Shown piece by piece: positions 1-9,859 of a stretch of 56,249 bases of DNA. The notes beneath the pieces are model-generated. The model did no database searches. It was given only the letters and a program-made list of their open reading frames with translations, and was not told the DNA's origin. The stretch is from an uncultured Flavobacteriales bacterium (lineage in GTDB: Bacteria > Bacteroidota > Bacteroidia > Flavobacteriales_D > Parvicellaceae): assembly GCA_964430245.1 (NCBI GenBank), contig CAYSEW010000004.1, positions 97,115-153,363 on the forward strand, read 5' to 3'. The translations under genes were made by a program, and so were the position numbers. The number at the start of each line of letters is the position of its first letter. Within the stretch, counting starts at the first letter, position 1.

Positions 1-207
1 ACAGAAAAGGCAGGTATTGTAGACAGAAATAAAGTAAATCAATGGGGAGGCTCACTTTCTCTAGGGCATCCTTTTGGAGCAACAGGAGCAAGATTGCTTA
101 ACACTACTGCCAATCGACTACAACACGAAGGAGGTACTTATGGAATTCTATCAGCATGCGCTGCAGGTGCACACGGCCACGCAATGATCATTAAAAAATA
201 CCAATAA
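1..207 (+). CDS. acetyl-CoA C-acyltransferase (thiolase), C-terminal fragment. The 5' end lies outside the window
   Basis: Frame 1 is open from base 1 to a TAA at 205-207. The translation ends [31 protein letters not shown], a typical thiolase C-terminus with the catalytic Cys-Ala-Ala-Gly and His. It sits directly upstream of a fadB-like gene. Confidence 0.8.
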   Translation, partial: TEKAGIVDRNKVNQWGGSLSLGHPFGATGARLLNTTANRLQHEGGTYGILSACAAGAHGHAMIIKKYQ

Positions 208-213
208 ACAATT

Positions 214-2331
214 ATGCAAAACGACTTTTTTAACATCCAAATAGAAGAAGGTATAGCTACAATTTGGCTAGATTTCAAGAAAGAAAAAATGAACATTGTT
301 TCCCCATCTTTGATTGGAAATTTCAATGAAGTTTTTGAATTACTTAACAACGACACTACTATTAAAGGTGGCATTATCATTAGCGCAAAGCCCGATTTTA
401 TTGCAGGAGCAGACATCAAATCTTTTAAAGCTGAAAAAGAAGGTGATTTTCAAGAGTTTAGCAAAAAAGGGCATCAAATCTTAAATATTATAGAAAACAA
501 CAAAAAACCTATAATTGCAGCTATTCATGGAACCTGCTATGGGCTAGGAACTGAAATATCTCTAGCTTGCCAAGGAAGGATTTGTTCAGATGATCCAAGA
601 ACAAAGCTTGCATTGCCTGAAGTTAAGCTTGGGTTATTACCTGGTGGAGGTGGAACCCAAAGACTTCCTAGGTTAGTGGGATTACAAAAATCCCTAGACA
701 TGATGCTTACTGGTAAAAACATCTACCCTAAACAAGCGAAAAGAATGGGGCTAGTAGATGAGGTTGTCAATAAAAATAAACTTCACAGAGCTGCCGTTAA
801 AATGATTAACACAATCATCGAAAAGGGACCTATTCAAAGAAAAGTCAAAAAAAGCCTTTTCAATAAAATATTGGACGACACACTATTGGGAAGAAAACTT
901 GTCTTCAAAAAAGCCAAAGAAAAAGTAATGTACCTGACCCAAGGAAATTACCCTGCTCCAGTAGAGATCATCAATTGTGTAGAGATAGGACTTACTAAAG
1001 GACTTGAAAAAGGCTATGAAGCAGAGGTAGAAAGGTTTGAACAATTAATGCTGTCCGATGTTTCAAAAGCATTAAGGAGCCTATTCTTTAACATGACAGA
1101 CAAGAAAAAGAATCCTTACAATGCAGCTGCTAAAGAGCTAGACAGAATAGCTGTACTAGGTACAGGTTTCATGGGTGCTGGAATTGCAGATGTTTCTGTA
1201 AATAATAAAATTGATGTGCTCCTGAAAGACCTAGATGAAAATATTGTTACTGCTGCTAAAAAAGGAATCTGGAAAAACATCAATAAAAAAATAAAGAAAA
1301 AACAAATCAGTGAAACTGAAGGTAAAACGATTATACAAAGAGCAATTGGCCAAACCAATTTTGAAGGATTTAGTAATGTAAATATTGTAATAGAAGCCAT
1401 TATAGAAAATATGGACATTAAAAAGAAAGTCATTCAAGAACTAGAAACTCATTGTAAAGAAGATTTTATTTTTGCTTCTAACACCTCATCACTTCCACTC
1501 ACAGAAATGGCCAAAGCAGCCAAGAGACCCGAAAATGTAGTAGGGATGCATTATTTTTCCCCTGTACCCAAAATGCCCTTACTAGAGATCATTAAAACCG
1601 ACCAAACATCCGAAGAAACGCTAGCCACTTGCTTTGAGCTGGGAATGAGACAAGGAAAAACTTGTATCGTAGTCAATGATGCACCAGGATTTTATGTAAA
1701 CAGAATTCTTGCTCCATACATCAATGAAGTACTTTTAATGATTGAAGAGGGTGCTAAAATAGAGACGATAGATAAAGCACTTAAGAAAAAAGGGATGCCA
1801 GTAGGACCTATTGTCTTATTAGATGAAGTTGGGATAGATGTTGGCGCTCATGTAATGAGTGGAGATATGACGGATTTTGTTACCCAGAGAGATGGCGTAA
1901 AAATGAGTGAGGGTCTCCCTAAAATGTTTGAAGCTGGCCTATATGGAAAGAAAAACAAAAAAGGGTTCTACAAATACAACGATAAAGGTAAAAAGACAGG
2001 CGTCAATGAAGAAGTCTATCAATATTTTGGAAATCCACCTAAAAAAGACTTTGAGCTTGATTACATATGTGACAGATCCATTTCTTTGCTCTTGAATGAA
2101 GCCGTAATGTGCTTAGAAGAAGGTATTATTAGCGATACTATTGATGGAGATCTTGGCGGTGTTTTTGGTATCGGATTTCTCCCATGGTCAGGTGGACCTT
2201 TTAGTTATATCAATAAGGTTGGTGTTAAAAATATAGTTGAAAGAATGAAAGAATTTGAAAGTCAGCTCGGTCCTAAATTTAAGCCTAGACCAATGCTAGA
2301 AAAATATGCACAAGAAAATTTATTATTTTAA
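214..2331 (+). CDS. fadB: fatty-acid oxidation multifunctional enzyme (enoyl-CoA hydratase/isomerase fused to 3-hydroxyacyl-CoA dehydrogenase)
   Basis: 705 aa. The N-terminus has a crotonase fold (AAIHGTCYGLGTEISLAC, oxyanion hole). The centre has a Rossmann NAD-binding motif (VLGTGFMGAGIA). The C-terminal 3-hydroxyacyl-CoA dehydrogenase domain is present. It follows a thiolase gene after a 6-nt gap. Confidence 0.88.
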   Translation: MQNDFFNIQIEEGIATIWLDFKKEKMNIVSPSLIGNFNEVFELLNNDTTIKGGIIISAKPDFIAGADIKSFKAEKEGDFQEFSKKGHQILNIIENNKKPIIAAIHGTCYGLGTEISLACQGRICSDDPRTKLALPEVKLGLLPGGGGTQRLPRLVGLQKSLDMMLTGKNIYPKQAKRMGLVDEVVNKNKLHRAAVKMINTIIEKGPIQRKVKKSLFNKILDDTLLGRKLVFKKAKEKVMYLTQGNYPAPVEIINCVEIGLTKGLEKGYEAEVERFEQLMLSDVSKALRSLFFNMTDKKKNPYNAAAKELDRIAVLGTGFMGAGIADVSVNNKIDVLLKDLDENIVTAAKKGIWKNINKKIKKKQISETEGKTIIQRAIGQTNFEGFSNVNIVIEAIIENMDIKKKVIQELETHCKEDFIFASNTSSLPLTEMAKAAKRPENVVGMHYFSPVPKMPLLEIIKTDQTSEETLATCFELGMRQGKTCIVVNDAPGFYVNRILAPYINEVLLMIEEGAKIETIDKALKKKGMPVGPIVLLDEVGIDVGAHVMSGDMTDFVTQRDGVKMSEGLPKMFEAGLYGKKNKKGFYKYNDKGKKTGVNEEVYQYFGNPPKKDFELDYICDRSISLLLNEAVMCLEEGIISDTIDGDLGGVFGIGFLPWSGGPFSYINKVGVKNIVERMKEFESQLGPKFKPRPMLEKYAQENLLF

Positions 2332-2374
2332 GACCCTGCCGACAACCTTTTAATGATTCAGAAGTTATAGTATT

Positions 2375-3007
2375 ATGAAAAAATTTGCTTTTGTACTTGT
2401 AATCATATCAACAATTATTCTATTTGGATTTACTGAAAAAGAAAAAATAAAATCTTTAAAGCTTGGTAAAACTGCACCTTTAAAAGAAACTAAGATGAAA
2501 GATGTTTCCGGAAAGGAATATTCCTTAGTAGATCTTAAAAAAGAAAATGGCCTATTAGTAATATTTAGCTGCAACACCTGTCCTTTTGTTGTAGGAAGTA
2601 ATAATAACGAAGGTTGGGAGGGTAGATACAACACCATCTATGATTTAGCAGCTAAAAACAATATTGGAATGGCTCTTATCAATAGCAATGAAGGTAAAAG
2701 AAAAAGTGCCGATTCTTTTGAAGCCATGAAAAAAAGAAGTGATGATCAACAATACAAAGCTAATTACTTGTTAGATAAAAATAATACACTAGCTGATAAA
2801 TTTGGCGCAAGCACTACTCCACATATTTTCCTTTTCGATAAAGACATGAAACTTGTTTATAAAGGAGCAATAGATGACAATGTAAAAGATGCTAAAACTG
2901 TGAAGGAAAATTGGCTTCTAAATGCAATGGATAACATCCAAAAAGGAATTAAAATAGATCCTGCTGAGACAAGAAATTCAGGATGCAGCATTAAAAGGTT
3001 AAAATAA
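2375..3007 (+). CDS. thioredoxin-fold (redoxin/TlpA-like) secreted protein
   Basis: 210 aa with an N-terminal hydrophobic signal. There is a CxxC pair (FSCNTCPFV) in a beta-alpha context typical of the thioredoxin fold. Family assignment is tentative. Confidence 0.5.
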   Translation: MKKFAFVLVIISTIILFGFTEKEKIKSLKLGKTAPLKETKMKDVSGKEYSLVDLKKENGLLVIFSCNTCPFVVGSNNNEGWEGRYNTIYDLAAKNNIGMALINSNEGKRKSADSFEAMKKRSDDQQYKANYLLDKNNTLADKFGASTTPHIFLFDKDMKLVYKGAIDDNVKDAKTVKENWLLNAMDNIQKGIKIDPAETRNSGCSIKRLK

Positions 3008-3252
3008 ATAAAAGATAACTATTACTTAAAAATCTTTTATCCATTAATATCTAAGATCAGGTCTACGATTAAGTTATTTAAATCATTGGTTTCCATAATG
3101 TTATTCTTAATAATTTATAATTAAGATACTTAACATATTTACAATAATCATACCTTGAATTTCCTATCGTTAATTCTTGACTTCCATTCGTATTTTTTTT
3201 CGTTGAAAGTACCTACATTTACAGCATTATTTTTTGAAATTAACTTAACATC

Positions 3253-4482
3253 ATGCCTAATATATCTACTAAATCAAAGAATATGCCTGCTTCTCCTATT
3301 AGAAAGCTGGTTCCATATGCAGAAAAAGCAAAAAGTGAAGGTAAAACAGTCTACCATTTAAACATAGGTCAACCTGATATAGAAACCCCTAAGGTGGTTC
3401 TTGATAAAATGAAAAACCTTAATTTACAGGTTATTGAATATAGCCATAGTGCTGGATTTCAATCCTACAGGGAAGGACTTGCAGGTTATTATGCTAAAAT
3501 AGGTGTGAATTTAAACCCAGATAAAGAGATCATGATCACTACAGGGGGATCAGAAGCACTGATCTTTGCTTTCCAATGCTGTTTTGAGGCTGGTGATGAA
3601 ATTATTATACCAGAACCTTTTTATGCTAATTATAATGGATTTGCAGTATCTGGAGGTCTGAATGTTATTCCAGTAACTGCCAACATTGAAAATGGTTTTG
3701 CACTTCCGCCAATAGATGAATTTGAAAAGCTAATTACTCCTAAAACAAAAGGTATATTAATCTGCAATCCAGGGAATCCAACTGGATACCTTTATTCAAA
3801 AGAAGAGTTAAGATCACTAAAAGAGATCATTAAAAAGCATGACTTGTTTTTATTTGCTGACGAAGTTTACAGAGAATTTTGTTATGATAATGCTGAGCAC
3901 TTTTCTGCACTTGAATTAGAAGGATTAGAAAACAATGTTGTTCTAGTGGACTCTGTTTCTAAAAGATACAGTATGTGTGGAGCAAGAGTTGGAGCACTTA
4001 TTAGCAAGAATCATGAATTAATGGAAATGGCTCTCAAATTTGGACAAGCTCGATTAAGCCCACCAACTATTGGTCAGATAGCTGGAGAAGAAGCATTAAA
4101 AACACCCGACAGCTATTTTGAAAATGTTAAGAATGAATATGTTGAAAGAAGAGATATCTTGGTAGATGGACTAAATAAGATAGAAGGCGTTATCTGCCCA
4201 AAACCTAAAGGTGCATTTTATGCCATAGCCCAGCTACCTATTGATAATTCTGATCTTTTTTGCCAATGGCTACTAGAAGAGTTCAGCTATGAAAATCAAA
4301 CAGTAATGCTAGCTCCTGCAACAGGATTTTACTCTACAAAAAATGCAGGACAACAAGAAGTCAGGATTGCTTATGTTCTTGAAAAGAATGCTTTAATAAA
4401 TGCTGTAAAATGTCTTGAAGAGGCCTTAAAAGTATATCCAGGAAAAAAAACAATTAACTCTACTGAGAATTTCCATACCTAA
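3253..4482 (+). CDS. PLP-dependent class I aminotransferase (aspartate/aromatic aminotransferase-like)
   Basis: 409 aa. The PLP-lysine motif SVSKRYSMCGARVG (SxSKxxxxxGxRxG) is present and the NPGNPTG motif precedes it. The overall length fits the class. Confidence 0.85.
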   Translation: MPNISTKSKNMPASPIRKLVPYAEKAKSEGKTVYHLNIGQPDIETPKVVLDKMKNLNLQVIEYSHSAGFQSYREGLAGYYAKIGVNLNPDKEIMITTGGSEALIFAFQCCFEAGDEIIIPEPFYANYNGFAVSGGLNVIPVTANIENGFALPPIDEFEKLITPKTKGILICNPGNPTGYLYSKEELRSLKEIIKKHDLFLFADEVYREFCYDNAEHFSALELEGLENNVVLVDSVSKRYSMCGARVGALISKNHELMEMALKFGQARLSPPTIGQIAGEEALKTPDSYFENVKNEYVERRDILVDGLNKIEGVICPKPKGAFYAIAQLPIDNSDLFCQWLLEEFSYENQTVMLAPATGFYSTKNAGQQEVRIAYVLEKNALINAVKCLEEALKVYPGKKTINSTENFHT

Positions 4483-4626
4483 AGACCTAACAGCTTTTAA
4501 AATATAATATTATTCATTTCAATTTTTCAATTAATTGTACAATCATATTTTGAGTTCACTTAGAACTAACTAATTAACATTCACTATGTAAGGAGTTTTT
4601 ATTATATTGTAATAAAATTCTTATTA

Positions 4627-5838
4627 ATGAAAAATATAGCTTTACTTTTTAGTTTCTTAATTATTATACAATACAACTACAGCCAATGTAATGGCAGGTA
4701 TCAAGATGAAATCTTTAGCTCTGTAAGTGTAAATACAGTCAATTATTCAGATGTATATACCGATTTCAGGCATGAAATGGACATCTACACACCAGATGGA
4801 GACACAGAAACCAACAGACCAGTAGTGTTTTACATGCATGGCGGATCTTTTACTGGGGGTGACAAAAACTTAACTGATTGTGTTGATTTCTGCACTTCCA
4901 TGGCAAAAAGAGGTTACATTGCTATTTCAAGTAATTATAGATTAAGCCTTATTCCTTTGACTTTTGTTCTTAATCAAGAAGAGCAATACAGAACTGTATT
5001 AAAATCTGTCGCTGACATTAAAGCAGCTGTTAGGTACATTAGAAAAGACTATGCTAATGGAAACACCATAGGATCTGACCCAAATGGAATTTACATAGGA
5101 GGTTATTCTGCAGGAGCAGTGCTTTCATTGCATTTAGCTTATATCGATCAGATCAGTGACCTACCCACCTCTCCTATTGATGTTCAAGACCTAGTGAATA
5201 GTATCGGAGGAACATTAGAAGGTGACGCTGGAAACGATGGATACTCTTCAGAAATACATGGAGTGATCAGCTTTGCAGGAGGTATCAATGACCTTAACTG
5301 GATAGGCGCTAATGACGAACCCTTAGTTTGTGTTCAGGGCGATAATGACGGAACTGTAAGCTACAATTGCGCTCCTGGATTAGGATTGTCATCAGTATTA
5401 ACACTTTGCGGAACAGGAGAAATGCAACCACAAGCCGACTTAGTTGGCATTACTAACGATGCGCTAACCTATTTTGGTGAAGATCACAATTGGGCTGCAT
5501 CAGGTTCTGGGAACGCTCTATTTGATACTGCTGTCCAATTTGCAGTAGATTTTTTATATCCTTTATTACCATGTAATAACATTACATCTAATAATGAGTT
5601 CAATCAACAAGAGCTAAACATCTATCCAAACCCAGCATCAGATCAAATAAATGTAACATCTAATTTCAACATTACTGAGATAAAGATTTACAATACTATA
5701 GGTAAATTAATCATGGACAACTCTATTCAAAAAAGAGATTTCACAATTAATGTAAATGATTTAATTCCGGGAGTTTATTTTCTTGAACTAGCTAATGAAA
5801 ATGGAATTACTGAGACCAAAAAGATCATGATTAGATAG
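4627..5838 (+). CDS. secreted alpha/beta-hydrolase (esterase/lipase) with a T9SS type-A C-terminal sorting domain
   Basis: The protein has a signal peptide. The HGGSF oxyanion motif and the nucleophile elbow GYSAGA (GxSxG) are both present. The last ~80 aa (LNIYPNPASDQINV...GVYFLEL...KKIMIR) match a Por secretion tail. Confidence 0.75.
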   Translation: MKNIALLFSFLIIIQYNYSQCNGRYQDEIFSSVSVNTVNYSDVYTDFRHEMDIYTPDGDTETNRPVVFYMHGGSFTGGDKNLTDCVDFCTSMAKRGYIAISSNYRLSLIPLTFVLNQEEQYRTVLKSVADIKAAVRYIRKDYANGNTIGSDPNGIYIGGYSAGAVLSLHLAYIDQISDLPTSPIDVQDLVNSIGGTLEGDAGNDGYSSEIHGVISFAGGINDLNWIGANDEPLVCVQGDNDGTVSYNCAPGLGLSSVLTLCGTGEMQPQADLVGITNDALTYFGEDHNWAASGSGNALFDTAVQFAVDFLYPLLPCNNITSNNEFNQQELNIYPNPASDQINVTSNFNITEIKIYNTIGKLIMDNSIQKRDFTINVNDLIPGVYFLELANENGITETKKIMIR

Positions 5839-5841
5839 ACC

Positions 5842-7509
5842 CTAGTCCCAACTAGGAGTAACATATTCTTTCAATGATAATCTACGGTTCAGGTGATAGG
5901 TGACACCAACATTAACACCGTACTTCTTATAGGTTTTCTGTAATAAATAATCATCAGCCATAATACTATTTGTATTGTATTGGAACCTAAATGAAGAGAA
6001 AAGATCTAACGATCTAGACATTCTAACTCTCACTATTGCATTGGCAACATAATTCCAGTTATTGACCTTAATTGAATTCATGTTATTCTGGAAAGTAGTA
6101 GCTACCATATCTTCATAATAATAATAAGGGACTGGTCGTATACCTACATCCACATAACCATTTTTATAAGATATACCATTTGCTTTCATTAACCTAGTAT
6201 ATTCTACTCCAGCATTAATTTCAAAAGAAGCTCTTTTCAATGTAAATTCATATCCTAAAGTAAGCGGGATCCTCAAGTAATTATATCTATTAGCACTTTT
6301 TTCTATCTCATTCAACAAATTATCATCATTAGGATCTACATAAAAAACAACTGTTGTATCTGTATTGATAGAAGGCGCAACACCTAAGCTATCAGCAGGA
6401 CCAAAAACTTGTAAACCTGATATTAACTCAACATTCAATAATACTATATTTCCATTAGATATAGCAAAAATTGAATCCTGATCCGTAAAATACTCATAAT
6501 GAGGCTTATAATCATAAACCTGATCGAAATTAAAGCCAGAGTTCAGCTTAAAGTTCCTATAATTATAAGAGATATTAACCCCACCCCCTATACCAGATCG
6601 TTCCATTTGATGTTCTTTATAAAAATCCCACCAATAATCATTATGTATAGGATCTAGAACATTATCTACATCAGCTCTATTATAAGGAGAAAAATAAGCA
6701 TCAAAAGTAAATCCTCTTGTGTGCTCATTGGCATAATCTGAAAGGTCTGGAGCTGGGACATCTGTAATTTCTTTTAAAGGAATACAGGTATGAAGTGCCG
6801 CAATACTCAACGTATTGACTTTATCCAGAATTTTAATCTTTTCTATCTTATTTAGAGGTAATGTTGTTTCGCCTTCAGATTTAGCTAATCCTTTATTTGA
6901 AGATTCAAACACTATCTTGTTATTTGGATCAAGTGCTGTCTCATCATCTAATTCATTAATATCCTCTGTGTCAGTATTGTCAGTATTAGTAATTAGTGCA
7001 TTATTATCTTCCTTATTTTTATAAATAGCTTTAGGCTCTTTAACTTCATTGCTATTAATCTTCTTTTCATTAGCATTAATTTCTTGGGGATCTAACTCCT
7101 CAGAAATTGAATTAGCTTGCTCTTTTGAGCCATCAACCTCATTATTTATCTGTGCAATAATTGATTTATCTGAACTCTCAGTTTTAGATGATTTAATATC
7201 TATAGAATTATCTGTTTCAATAAAACCATCATCCGAATCAATAGTATTTTCAACAAAAAGTTCATTATTATCCTTAGATGAATTTGTTTGGAAAGAATTA
7301 TCCGAACTACTATTATCTAAATATGAGTTAATGAAAAAGGCACTCCCGCCAATCATTACTATTGATGCCATGAGCTTCATTTTATGAAAAACCCATAAGT
7401 TCTGGTAAAATAATTTACCAAAAATAGCCTTTTTGACCTCCTGTTGTGGAAGTTGAGAAAAGCCATCTAAGCTATCCTTTATTAAATCGTCAAACTCTCG
7501 CGAATCCAT
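5842..7509 (-). CDS. ECF-sigma-associated membrane protein (putative anti-sigma factor). It has a short cytoplasmic N-terminus, one TM helix, a ~190-aa acidic Ser/Asn/Asp/Glu-rich linker and a ~270-aa beta-rich C-terminal domain
   Basis: Its start overlaps the 3' end of the ECF sigma gene by 28 nt. A TM segment (LMASIVMIGGSAFFI) sits at residues ~45-60. A low-complexity acidic region follows. The C-terminal domain shows alternating hydrophobic patterns typical of beta-strands. Confidence 0.55.
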   Translation of the reverse strand: MDSREFDDLIKDSLDGFSQLPQQEVKKAIFGKLFYQNLWVFHKMKLMASIVMIGGSAFFINSYLDNSSSDNSFQTNSSKDNNELFVENTIDSDDGFIETDNSIDIKSSKTESSDKSIIAQINNEVDGSKEQANSISEELDPQEINANEKKINSNEVKEPKAIYKNKEDNNALITNTDNTDTEDINELDDETALDPNNKIVFESSNKGLAKSEGETTLPLNKIEKIKILDKVNTLSIAALHTCIPLKEITDVPAPDLSDYANEHTRGFTFDAYFSPYNRADVDNVLDPIHNDYWWDFYKEHQMERSGIGGGVNISYNYRNFKLNSGFNFDQVYDYKPHYEYFTDQDSIFAISNGNIVLLNVELISGLQVFGPADSLGVAPSINTDTTVVFYVDPNDDNLLNEIEKSANRYNYLRIPLTLGYEFTLKRASFEINAGVEYTRLMKANGISYKNGYVDVGIRPVPYYYYEDMVATTFQNNMNSIKVNNWNYVANAIVRVRMSRSLDLFSSFRFQYNTNSIMADDYLLQKTYKKYGVNVGVTYHLNRRLSLKEYVTPSWD

Positions 7510-8153
7510 TTCTTATTCTTTTTTTTTTCAATCTCTTTTACTCCTAATAATGTCCTTAAATACTTCCTAGCCTTTGACAATTGAGACTTTGAAGTATTTT
7601 CTGAAATATCTAGTATTTCAGCAATCTCTTTATGGGTATACCCTTCTAAAGAGTATAAATTAAATACTGTACGATATCCATCTGGAAGCTGCTGCATTGC
7701 TAACATTACCTTTCTCTTTCTTTCGTCAGCATCATCATCATCCCAAGAAATATCAAATTCAGGATTTTCACCTACCTGCACATCATCTACATCTTCTGTA
7801 TAATGATGTTTTTTATTATTTCTATTATAGCTTAATGTCGTATTAATTACTATTGTTTTTATCCAAGCACTCAATGAACCTTCATTTCTTCCTTCAAAAT
7901 TTTTGATATACTTAAAGATCCTAATGAAAGCTTCCTGGAGGACATCTTCTGCTTCGGATTTATTTCTAGAATACCTTAAAGCAACACCAAACATTGAACC
8001 TGAATATCTATTGTACAATTCATGCTGAGCTTTACGCTTACCTATTTTACAACCAGCTATTATATCTTCTTCTGAAAGCATAGAATTATCGGCAAGATAA
8101 CTATCTATCTTTGAGTTAACAACCTCTAAGCCTAAAGAAATGTCCATAATCAA
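7482..8153 (-). CDS. RNA polymerase ECF-type sigma-70 factor
   Basis: Region 2 (EEDIIAGCKIG...LYNRYSGSMFGVALRYSRNKSEAEDVLQEAFIRIF) and region 4 (DGYRTVFNLYSLEGYTHKEIAEILDISENTSKSQLSKARKYLR) are both recognisable. The true start may be the internal ATG at 8081 (MLSEEDII...). Confidence 0.85.
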   Translation of the reverse strand: MIMDISLGLEVVNSKIDSYLADNSMLSEEDIIAGCKIGKRKAQHELYNRYSGSMFGVALRYSRNKSEAEDVLQEAFIRIFKYIKNFEGRNEGSLSAWIKTIVINTTLSYNRNNKKHHYTEDVDDVQVGENPEFDISWDDDDADERKRKVMLAMQQLPDGYRTVFNLYSLEGYTHKEIAEILDISENTSKSQLSKARKYLRTLLGVKEIEKKKNKKWIRESLTI

Positions 8154-8212
8154 TTGATTGCTACTTTGAAAACCCCTGATAAGAAGGGGGGTTGCCTAAT
8201 TTGAAAAAAAAA

Positions 8213-9139
8213 TCAAATAGGAAGAGAAAACATCTCAGCCAGCATACACCTTATTCCTCCACCTCCAATATTTTCAATACTATCTACAGGAACACATATC
8301 ACCCTTGCATATTTACTAATAATATTTAATTCTTTTTGTGAAAATGCTTTGCACGCTCTTTCGGACATTACAACAATATACTCTTCACTATCTCCTAAAA
8401 CAGTAAGAATATTTCCACAAAATCTTTCCATTTGAGAAAAATCAATATTAATGAGCTCTAATTGAGCATCAACAATAGAATCATAAACCCTTTTCCTATC
8501 TGTTTCAGCTATAAGATCTAAGCATACAACAGAAAACCCAGGCCCTATGCTCATTAATACATTAGTATGATATATAGGAATACCATTAACATCATTTGCA
8601 TTAAATAAAACGCCTTTATATCCAATAACTTTACAATATTCATCAAAAACTTCCTTAGAAGTTCTAACAGACTCAACAGCATATGCCTTCATAGATAAAT
8701 GGTCTAAAACCACACTTCCAGTTCCTTCTAAATATAAATTACTCTTTTCATAAAATGTTAAGTCAATTACTTCATTTATCTTGTATTTTCTTTGAATATG
8801 GTCAATGATATATTGAAGTCTTTCCTTTCTTCTATTTTTAGAATACATAGGAAAAAGTATTAGCTTACCTTCGTGAGTGACCTGAAACCAATTATTTGGG
8901 AAAACTTGATCAGGTAGATCCTTCATTAATACAGGATCTATAACATCTATGTCAATTCTTTCTTTTTTAAGAATATCAATCGTTTTATTAAAATTAGACG
9001 ATACCCTATTTTTGATTTCTATATCGGACAATTCTGGACGATTTTGAAATACATTAGATAAAGCAGTTTCAGTATTAAAAAAGAAATTAACTGGTTTTAT
9101 CATTAATAAATGATTGGCACATTGCCGTCTGTTAAACAT
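8213..9139 (-). CDS. amidinotransferase-superfamily hydrolase (arginine deiminase / DDAH / CtlX-like)
   Basis: 308 aa. The C-terminal GGGGIRCMLAE carries the catalytic Cys in the context characteristic of the guanidino-group-modifying enzyme fold. An internal His (HTNVLMS) is also present. Confidence 0.65.
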   Translation of the reverse strand: MFNRRQCANHLLMIKPVNFFFNTETALSNVFQNRPELSDIEIKNRVSSNFNKTIDILKKERIDIDVIDPVLMKDLPDQVFPNNWFQVTHEGKLILFPMYSKNRRKERLQYIIDHIQRKYKINEVIDLTFYEKSNLYLEGTGSVVLDHLSMKAYAVESVRTSKEVFDEYCKVIGYKGVLFNANDVNGIPIYHTNVLMSIGPGFSVVCLDLIAETDRKRVYDSIVDAQLELINIDFSQMERFCGNILTVLGDSEEYIVVMSERACKAFSQKELNIISKYARVICVPVDSIENIGGGGIRCMLAEMFSLPI

Positions 9140-9155
9140 AGGATTTGAATACTAA

Positions 9156-9857
9156 TTGAAATTCAGTAAATTTAGCCCTAACAAAATGAAAATCAAATTT
9201 AGATTATTACCCAAATTATTTATTCTATCTGTAATATCCTGTTTATTACTATCACTAGGCGCCTGTAAAAAACTGGAAGATCTTGATGGCAACAACCAAG
9301 ATTTTGAGCCAACTAATTTTGAATTTGAAGAGAACATCACCTTTGTAATTCCCAATGGATTATTAAATTTTCAAGGTATAGGAAACTGCCTTCCTTTAGA
9401 AATATGGCCTCTCCCTGCTTTTACCATAGACTATGAAGCTTTCATCCCTACTGAGAATCCTAATCCTTATGCTTCATTGGTTCATAATATAAAACCCAAG
9501 GACATAGAGCTTGAATTAGTGAATATATCTGATTGTGACTTTGGGATGCTAGAAAAAGTAATTGTTTACATTGTTGATGATGGCGTCACTGGCTCTATAG
9601 GTGATTTTATATTACAAAACCCTAGTGACCCAACTGCAACTCATAATGCAGTAAAAGTGGGTGAATATTTTAATATTCCTGAAGGAATTGGATCTACAAT
9701 GAACCTCACAGTCAATCAGGATGCTGTACTTGATCAATTTATTCAAGCAGGCACCTTTCAGACCTTTATGTTCATGACTTTTGACAAGGCATTTACCGCA
9801 AGTGAGGCTATCATTAAATCTAAAATGACCCTAGCAGTAACACTTATAAATGAATAA
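9156..9857 (+). CDS. hypothetical lipoprotein
   Basis: There is a signal peptide with a lipobox-like LSLGAC. No recognisable catalytic motifs. The start may be the downstream ATG near 9186 (MKIKFRLL...). Confidence 0.5.
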   Translation: MKFSKFSPNKMKIKFRLLPKLFILSVISCLLLSLGACKKLEDLDGNNQDFEPTNFEFEENITFVIPNGLLNFQGIGNCLPLEIWPLPAFTIDYEAFIPTENPNPYASLVHNIKPKDIELELVNISDCDFGMLEKVIVYIVDDGVTGSIGDFILQNPSDPTATHNAVKVGEYFNIPEGIGSTMNLTVNQDAVLDQFIQAGTFQTFMFMTFDKAFTASEAIIKSKMTLAVTLINE

Positions 9858-9859
9858 TC

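Noticed and set aside
138-419. Multiple short antisense or overlapping ORFs from the six-frame track (e.g. 138-419, 537-722, 1116-1433, 1907-2095, 2365-2637, 3155-3361, 6815-7387, 9152-9355, 11114-11386, 15337-15588, 20205-20399, 21281-22179, 22860-23564, 24816-25088, 26383-26820, 31021-32054, 33770-33967, 34995-35310, 37023-37217, 47961-48487, 49166-49471, 51997-52215)
   Set aside because: All are embedded in or antisense to longer ORFs with clear family signatures. The translations are low-complexity and have no motifs, so they are treated as spurious.
3008-3252. Searched the larger intergenic gaps (3008-3252, 19851-20049, 36431-36579, 42849-43074, 52558-52673) for tRNA, SRP RNA, tmRNA or riboswitch-like structured RNAs
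   Set aside because: All gaps are strongly AT-rich with no GC-rich stems or conserved RNA motifs that I can recognise. No RNA gene is called. A covariance-model scan (Infernal/Rfam, tRNAscan) would be the decisive check.
5836-5862. Short inverted repeat CTAGT-ccca-ACTAG at convergent gene ends (esterase stop and membrane-protein stop 3 nt apart)
   Set aside because: The 5-bp stem lies inside coding sequence with no adjacent T-run. It is likely coincidental.
7519-7528. A10 (plus-strand T10) tract just upstream of the anti-sigma-like gene start
   Set aside because: It encodes the KKK of the sigma-factor C-terminus. Poly-A/T runs are common in this AT-rich genome, so it is not statistically notable, unlike the G9 tract.
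8172-8191. CCCC-N9-GGGGGG hairpin between the amidinotransferase stop and the ECF sigma start
   Set aside because: The flanking run is poly-A on the plus strand and poly-T upstream of the stem on the minus strand. That does not form a canonical Rho-independent terminator for either strand. It may be a weak structure or a promoter-region feature, and I could not support a call.
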